In this document: positions 58,220 to 64,000 of the stretch, one piece after another
How the letters are laid out: every line of letters begins with the position of its first letter
Numbering within the stretch: the stretch's first letter is position 1
DNA from: Octopus vulgaris
Taxonomy: Eukaryota
DNA length: 64,000 nt
Direction: 5' to 3'
Assembly: GCA_951406725.2 (NCBI GenBank)
Contig: OX597828.1
Coordinates: 35,526,001 to 35,590,000 of the forward strand
Made by a program: the position numbers and the translations under genes
Notes under the pieces: model-generated
Databases searched by the model: none
What the model saw: only the letters and a program-made list of their open reading frames with translations
What the model was told of the DNA's origin: nothing

Positions 58220-58221
<2 letters not shown>
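58152..58221. repeat. Perfect 70-bp palindrome centred on (TA)n
   Basis: ATTTACGTTCACACTGCTG-(TA)16-CAGCAGTGTGAACGTAAAT. Confidence 0.9.
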
Positions 58222-58265
<44 letters not shown>

Positions 58266-58270
58266 GTATA

Positions 58271-58318
<48 letters not shown>

Positions 58319-58368
58319 CATACATACATACATACATACATACATACATACATACATACATACATACA

Positions 58369-58404
<36 letters not shown>

Positions 58405-58819
58405 TTTAGCTAATGTGTGTTTTTGTTTACAATTATTTATTTTAAATATCTATAAACACTAAACACACATACACACAAAAGATACACACACATACATAAA
58501 GACATACATAGACGCATGTACACACTTTTCAGTGCAGTCACACAGACTCCTACACGTGTATTTGTGTGTGTGTGTGTGTGTATGTTTGTATGTATGCATG
58601 AGTGTGTATTATAATTATGTGTAAGTGTATTTATTTCACAACTTTATATTACTTATATATATTTTATTTTATAAACATATATAAATCACAACTACAAACA
58701 CACACACATACACAAACACACACACACGCACATAAACACATAGGCACATATGTACACATACACACTTGCTTTCAGACTTCTCAGTCCTTTAATCTCCATA
58801 CAAATTCTTTTGCAAAAAA

Positions 58820-58847
58820 AAATAACAACAACAACAACAACAACAAC

Positions 58848-58894
<47 letters not shown>

Positions 58895-58977
58895 CAATAA
58901 CAACAACAACCGCAGCAATAATAATAATAATAATAATAGTAATAATAATAATAATAATAGTAATAATAATAATAATA

Positions 58978-59020
<43 letters not shown>

Positions 59021-59021
59021 T

Positions 59022-59094
<73 letters not shown>

Positions 59095-59100
59095 GTAATA

Positions 59101-59152
<52 letters not shown>

Positions 59153-59227
59153 CAATAACAACAACAACCAGCAATAATAATAATAATAATAATAGTAATA
59201 ATAATAATAATAATAATAATAGTAATA

Positions 59228-59269
<42 letters not shown>

Positions 59270-59312
59270 TAACAACAACAACAACAACAGCAACAACAAC
59301 AGCAATAATAAT
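58820..59312. repeat. (AAT)n/(AAC)n triplet array; related arrays at 43870-44145, 53840-54495 and 57183-57460
   Basis: Directly visible. Confidence 0.95.
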
Positions 59313-60100
59313 ATGTGTGTCACATTTAGAAATTCATGAATAGATTTCATTAAAATTCTCATTGATTTTAATAATCTGTGTTCATCTGCTCTTCTTCTTT
59401 TTCTTCTTCTTCATTGAATATCTGACCTTTATGACGAACAATAAATTATAGACTTGAAAAATTCTTTATTCTCAAAGATGCTCAAATGCTAAGTTCTTGA
59501 AGAACCTAATTCCTCTGCCAACCAATAAATTTAGACATTGTGATGTCTCATTTCTTTGTTTTTGGTACTTTTTTTTTTCTTCTTTTATTTTCCTCATTGC
59601 GATCAAACTTATTCTAAATGTTAGATTTTTTACATAAATATATTTTAAATAAAGATGTATTTTCAGTTTTCTAAACTATTTAATTCGTAAATTCTATTTC
59701 TGCAGAGTTTCTTTTTCTGTTTTCTTTTTTTCTCAGCATTTCAATAGGAACATATTCTTCCTCTATTCTTCAGATGCCCAATCCCTCAGCATCGACATTA
59801 TCACAACTGCTTTCATCATCAGCGTCGTCATTGTCAACGCAACCGTTATACTCCTCCACCTCTTCTGCATATTCATCAGCACCATCACCATCATCATCAT
59901 CATCATCGTCATCATCATCATCATCGTCGTCGTCAGCATCATCACTCATATCATTGTCATAAACATTATCATAGCCAACACCACCACCATCGTCTTCATC
60001 CTTTTTATCATTAGTTTTACCATCTTTAGCAACACCAACTTCATTATCATCATCATAATCATCATTACAGCAACAATCTTCATGAGCATCACCACCACCA

Positions 60101-60134
<34 letters not shown>

Positions 60135-60646
60135 AGAATTTAACATCTGTTTTTTTTTTTTTTTGTTGCTGTTGTTGAATTTGTTTCTGCCTGCAATAAA
60201 ATATTACCATTCATCTAGAACTCTCTAGAAATCATCATATTGGTCTTTAGACCTTCTTCATGCATATTCCTCTAAGGTATTTTACCCCCTTGCTAAAGGT
60301 ATTTTTCTGCCATCAACATATACCACGAGATTTTTATTTTCACCAAGATCCTGTTTGCCATGTGGCATTACTAGCAAAAAATAATGCTCCAGAATGGCCT
60401 TCCAATAATAACAATTTATCTCTGAATTCTTGGACTATTTTTCCTTCTTATATTTGACAAGGGGAATCTTTCCCAAAATAAAATAGAATTACACATATAT
60501 ATCTGTGCGTGCATGTGTGTGTGTGTGTATCTATATATACATATATATATGTGTGTATGTATGTATGTATGTATGTATGTATGTATGTATGTATGTATAT
60601 ATGTATGTATGCATATCTATCTATATATATGTATGTGTGAGTGTAT

Positions 60647-60678
<32 letters not shown>

Positions 60679-61208
60679 GATATATATAGATATATATAGA
60701 TACATATACATATATATGTGTGTGTGTGTGTGTATGTATATGTGCATATATATATGTATATCTATATATGCATGTGTGTGTATATATATATATATATGTA
60801 TATGTATATGTATACATATATGTGTATGTCTATATACATGTATGAATATATGTACATAAGTACATACACACATAGCACTTACAATACTGAAGGACATGTC
60901 AATAAAAAAGCACTCTGCCGAAATAACATCACCAAAATACAAAAACAAAAAAAGAATCAACCAAATGCAGTAACTGAACAGATAAGTCCACTGGTTCTCC
61001 AATATTCAATATTCAAACCAATATTAGAGTAAATCACTGAAAAATATAGAAATGTAACTTTTATCATAAAAATTATTCGTCTGTATTCTTCAAAAGATGC
61101 CACTTTCAGAGATGACAGAGTTTGGAGGATATAAAAGGGTATTAAACTTTCTAACATTCTAATGCTGGGAGAAATTATTATATTTAGTCAAGTTGGTCAT
61201 GTATATAA

Positions 61209-61279
<71 letters not shown>

Positions 61280-61282
61280 ATG

Positions 61283-61338
<56 letters not shown>

Positions 61339-61375
61339 TACATTTATATATACTTATATATATATATATATATGC

Positions 61376-61422
<47 letters not shown>

Positions 61423-61431
61423 TATACATAC

Positions 61432-61479
<48 letters not shown>

Positions 61480-61831
61480 CATTATATTTTATATTTTGTA
61501 TTATATTCTATATACATATGCACTTACACACATACAGTTGATGTTTAACCCCAGGTCATTTCAGATCCAAAAGATATGTGATCAAAGGTCTTCCAACTGT
61601 GTCTATTTCGTTTTTTTTTTTTTGTTTTTTTGCTTTGTTATTGGGAGGTGTGTTTTTTTTATTGTAGATGTTCTAAATCTAGGATTACATTATCCAATGT
61701 ATCCAAATGATCTGTCTTTCTCTTCGTAAAAAGTAGGCTATAATTTGAATGACATTTGACTGCTATTCCTAGCAGTTGGACACACTGCATTGAGCGACCT
61801 TCATAGTCTTATTATTTTTGTTGCTGTTGTT

Positions 61832-62025
61832 GCATGCTGGACGAAATGCTTAGCGGTATGTCCTCTGTCTTTATGTTCTGAGTTCAAAATACCGCCAAGG
61901 TCAACTTTGCTTTTCATCCTTTCAGGGTCGATAAATTCAGTAGCAGTTGAATACGGGGGCTGATCTAATTGACTGTTGGCCCCCACCAAATTTCAGGCCT
62001 TGTTCCTGTAGTATAAAGGATTATT
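61832..62025 (+). mobile_element. Meta/Sauria-like tRNA SINE (further copy at ~49518-49705)
   Basis: GAAATGCTTAGCGGTAT...GAGTTCAAA...CTTTTCATCCTTTCAGGGTCGATAAA...AGGATTATT. Confidence 0.75.
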
Positions 62026-62128
62026 CTTGTTGTTGTTTGTGGTGGTGGTTGTAGTGATGACAATTTTCATAGAGATGGTAAATGTAGTAGCAATATTTTA
62101 GATATTGCCTACGTCATACAGCAATACA

Positions 62129-62321
62129 TATTTGAGAGATGAGGAATTATATAACATTATTTACATTATTTACATTTGACGGATATTTGTCCTCATCTTG
62201 TTTGTTGTTAATACAACATTTCGGCTGATGTACCCTCTAACCTTCATCAGGTGTCTTGGCAAAATTTTGAACCTGTATTTTTCGATGCTATTATTATTAT
62301 TTATTATTATCATTATTATTA

Positions 62322-62375
<54 letters not shown>

Positions 62376-62512
62376 CGGTCACTGTCTGGAATCGAACTCG
62401 GAATCTTGGGGCATATGGCATAGTGATTATCTGCCGAAACATTGTGTTAACAACAGACAAGATGAGGACAAATATTCTTCAAATGTAAATAATGTAAATT
62501 ATGTAAATAATT
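62129..62512 (-). mobile_element. PLE-associated tRNA/hammerhead repeat with a partial inverted duplicate
   Basis: Minus copy at 62129-62410 with hammerhead GACAC-CTGATGA-AGGTT...AGCC-GAAATGTT-GTATT (62210-62255) and B box GTTCGATTCC. Plus-strand pieces at 62408-62512 repeat the A box and the 3' tail. Confidence 0.8.
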
Positions 62513-63122
62513 GCTTAGTTCCACTCCAACTCCAGTCTGTCAGATTGTTAATCAAAACATTTCAGATGTGAGTATTTCATCCATTTTCTTTTTTCAGGCA
62601 CAGCACATCTCAGACTACATATGTAGAATATTTGAACTAGATATGGTCGTTTTAAATGCTAAAGGGGTATATATTTATTTGTTGTTTTTTTTGTCCGACA
62701 TAACATACCTAGTATTACAACATCCATCTTGTTCTTTATAGATGGCTAAATGATTAAGAATTTTACTCCCTAACCATTTAGTTTTGGCTTCAGTCTTATC
62801 ATGTGGCACCTTGGCAAGTATCTTCCACTACAGCCTGGGCTGACCAATGCCTTCTGAGTGGATTTGTTAGATGAAAACTTAAGGAAGCTTGCTGTATACA
62901 AAATATTTCTTTGTTTTGTTTCATTTCTGTACATCTTAAAATCAATTCCTACCAAAAACTCGACTCTACTTTTCTTCCTTGAAAAACTAATAAAATTAAT
63001 TCCAGTTCTATCCTAAGATTAGTTCCATGAATTTTACATTCATCTATGGTCAATATTTTGTCTTGGCACAAGCCAAAATATATTGATGTCGTATTTATAC
63101 TTGTCCATTTTATCTTTTCCAG

Positions 63123-63419
63123 ATTCTCCAGACGTGCAAGTGGTGACACCACCAAATGCCACTGAGGGAACTCAAGTAAATTTGACGTGCGTCGCTGATG
63201 GAGAACCTAATAGATATACATACAGGTGGCAGCACAAGTGGGGTGAAATTATCCTACAAGAGTTCGACAACGTTGAGACAAGCTCAGAACCAGCTGTGTT
63301 AACTTTAGAAAATGTAACATTTGAAGATGGCGGCACTTATAGATGCTTAGTTGAAAATGGTATTCCAGATAGAAATGGCAATATTATGAAATCAGGTTCA
63401 GCTGAATTTATCATACAAG
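63123..63419 (+). CDS. Ig-domain exon (third visible) of the same IgSF gene
   Basis: TTTTCCAG acceptor (AG at 63121-63122); GT donor at 63420; 297 bp, phase 1-1. Encodes (Y)SPDVQV...EGTQVNLTCVADGEPN...YRW...LTLENVTFEDGGTYRCLVENG, an I-set-like DxGxYxC motif. Confidence 0.94.
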
Positions 63420-64000
63420 GTACTAAATAGTTTGACTTACTTGTTTCCTTGTTTTCTTTCTTTTATTTTAGTTTTTTTCTTTATGTTGACCAAGTTGATA
63501 GAGTTATTTTAACAACACTACAAGCACCCAGGCAATACATTTGGGGTCCTGTCATACCCAATAATAGCAGTCATAACTTAACATTTGACCTTTAGGTTTG
63601 TGAGATCACTGGCCAACTTCCCAACATGCATATAGCAGACAATTAGCCAAGAGATGGTCGGTTCATATCATATTCTCAGTAGTGCATTATGCCCATAGCC
63701 AGAACACTAAATTCCCTTTTCTTCTATGTAGCATAAAATTTATTCCACTGTTTGGACATTTTGTATCAACAATTACCGATTCTGATCACCCCTAATATTC
63801 TTGTATTCTATGGTTTTACTACTTAACTCTCAGTTAGTTCAATCCAATCCATTTACTATAAGGGTTTGAAACAAGCTGTTTCAATCTATTTACAGATAGT
63901 GGACTGGACCATATAATGATCACTCTCAGCTTTGTCTGTCTCACCTCTCTGGCCCTTGGCAGACCCAGCCAAGTTAGGCAGTTGATCTCACGTAATTCAA

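Overview
Eukaryotic, AT-rich, microsatellite-saturated genomic DNA. The repeat landscape suggests an octopus or other coleoid cephalopod; this is inference, not a search result. The window lies inside one large plus-strand gene. Three symmetric phase-1 exons (7471-7752, 26580-26858, 63123-63419) each encode one immunoglobulin domain of a multi-Ig cell-surface protein, separated by introns of about 19 and 36 kb. The introns hold retroelements: an apparently uninterrupted Penelope-like RT/GIY-YIG ORF running off the left edge, RTE-clade LINE fragments and many dispersed RTE 3' tails, restriction-like-endonuclease (R4/Dong-type) LINE ends, and several tRNA-derived SINE families. The most notable hidden signal is a set of minimal hammerhead-ribozyme motifs in several unrelated short repeats. 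One family joins a Penelope GIY-YIG 3' end, a tRNA-like Pol III A/B-box head, an (AAT)n spacer and a hammerhead. Most ORFs in the supplied track are translations of simple repeats or antisense frames. All calls were made by eye, without alignment or folding tools, so repeat boundaries are approximate.
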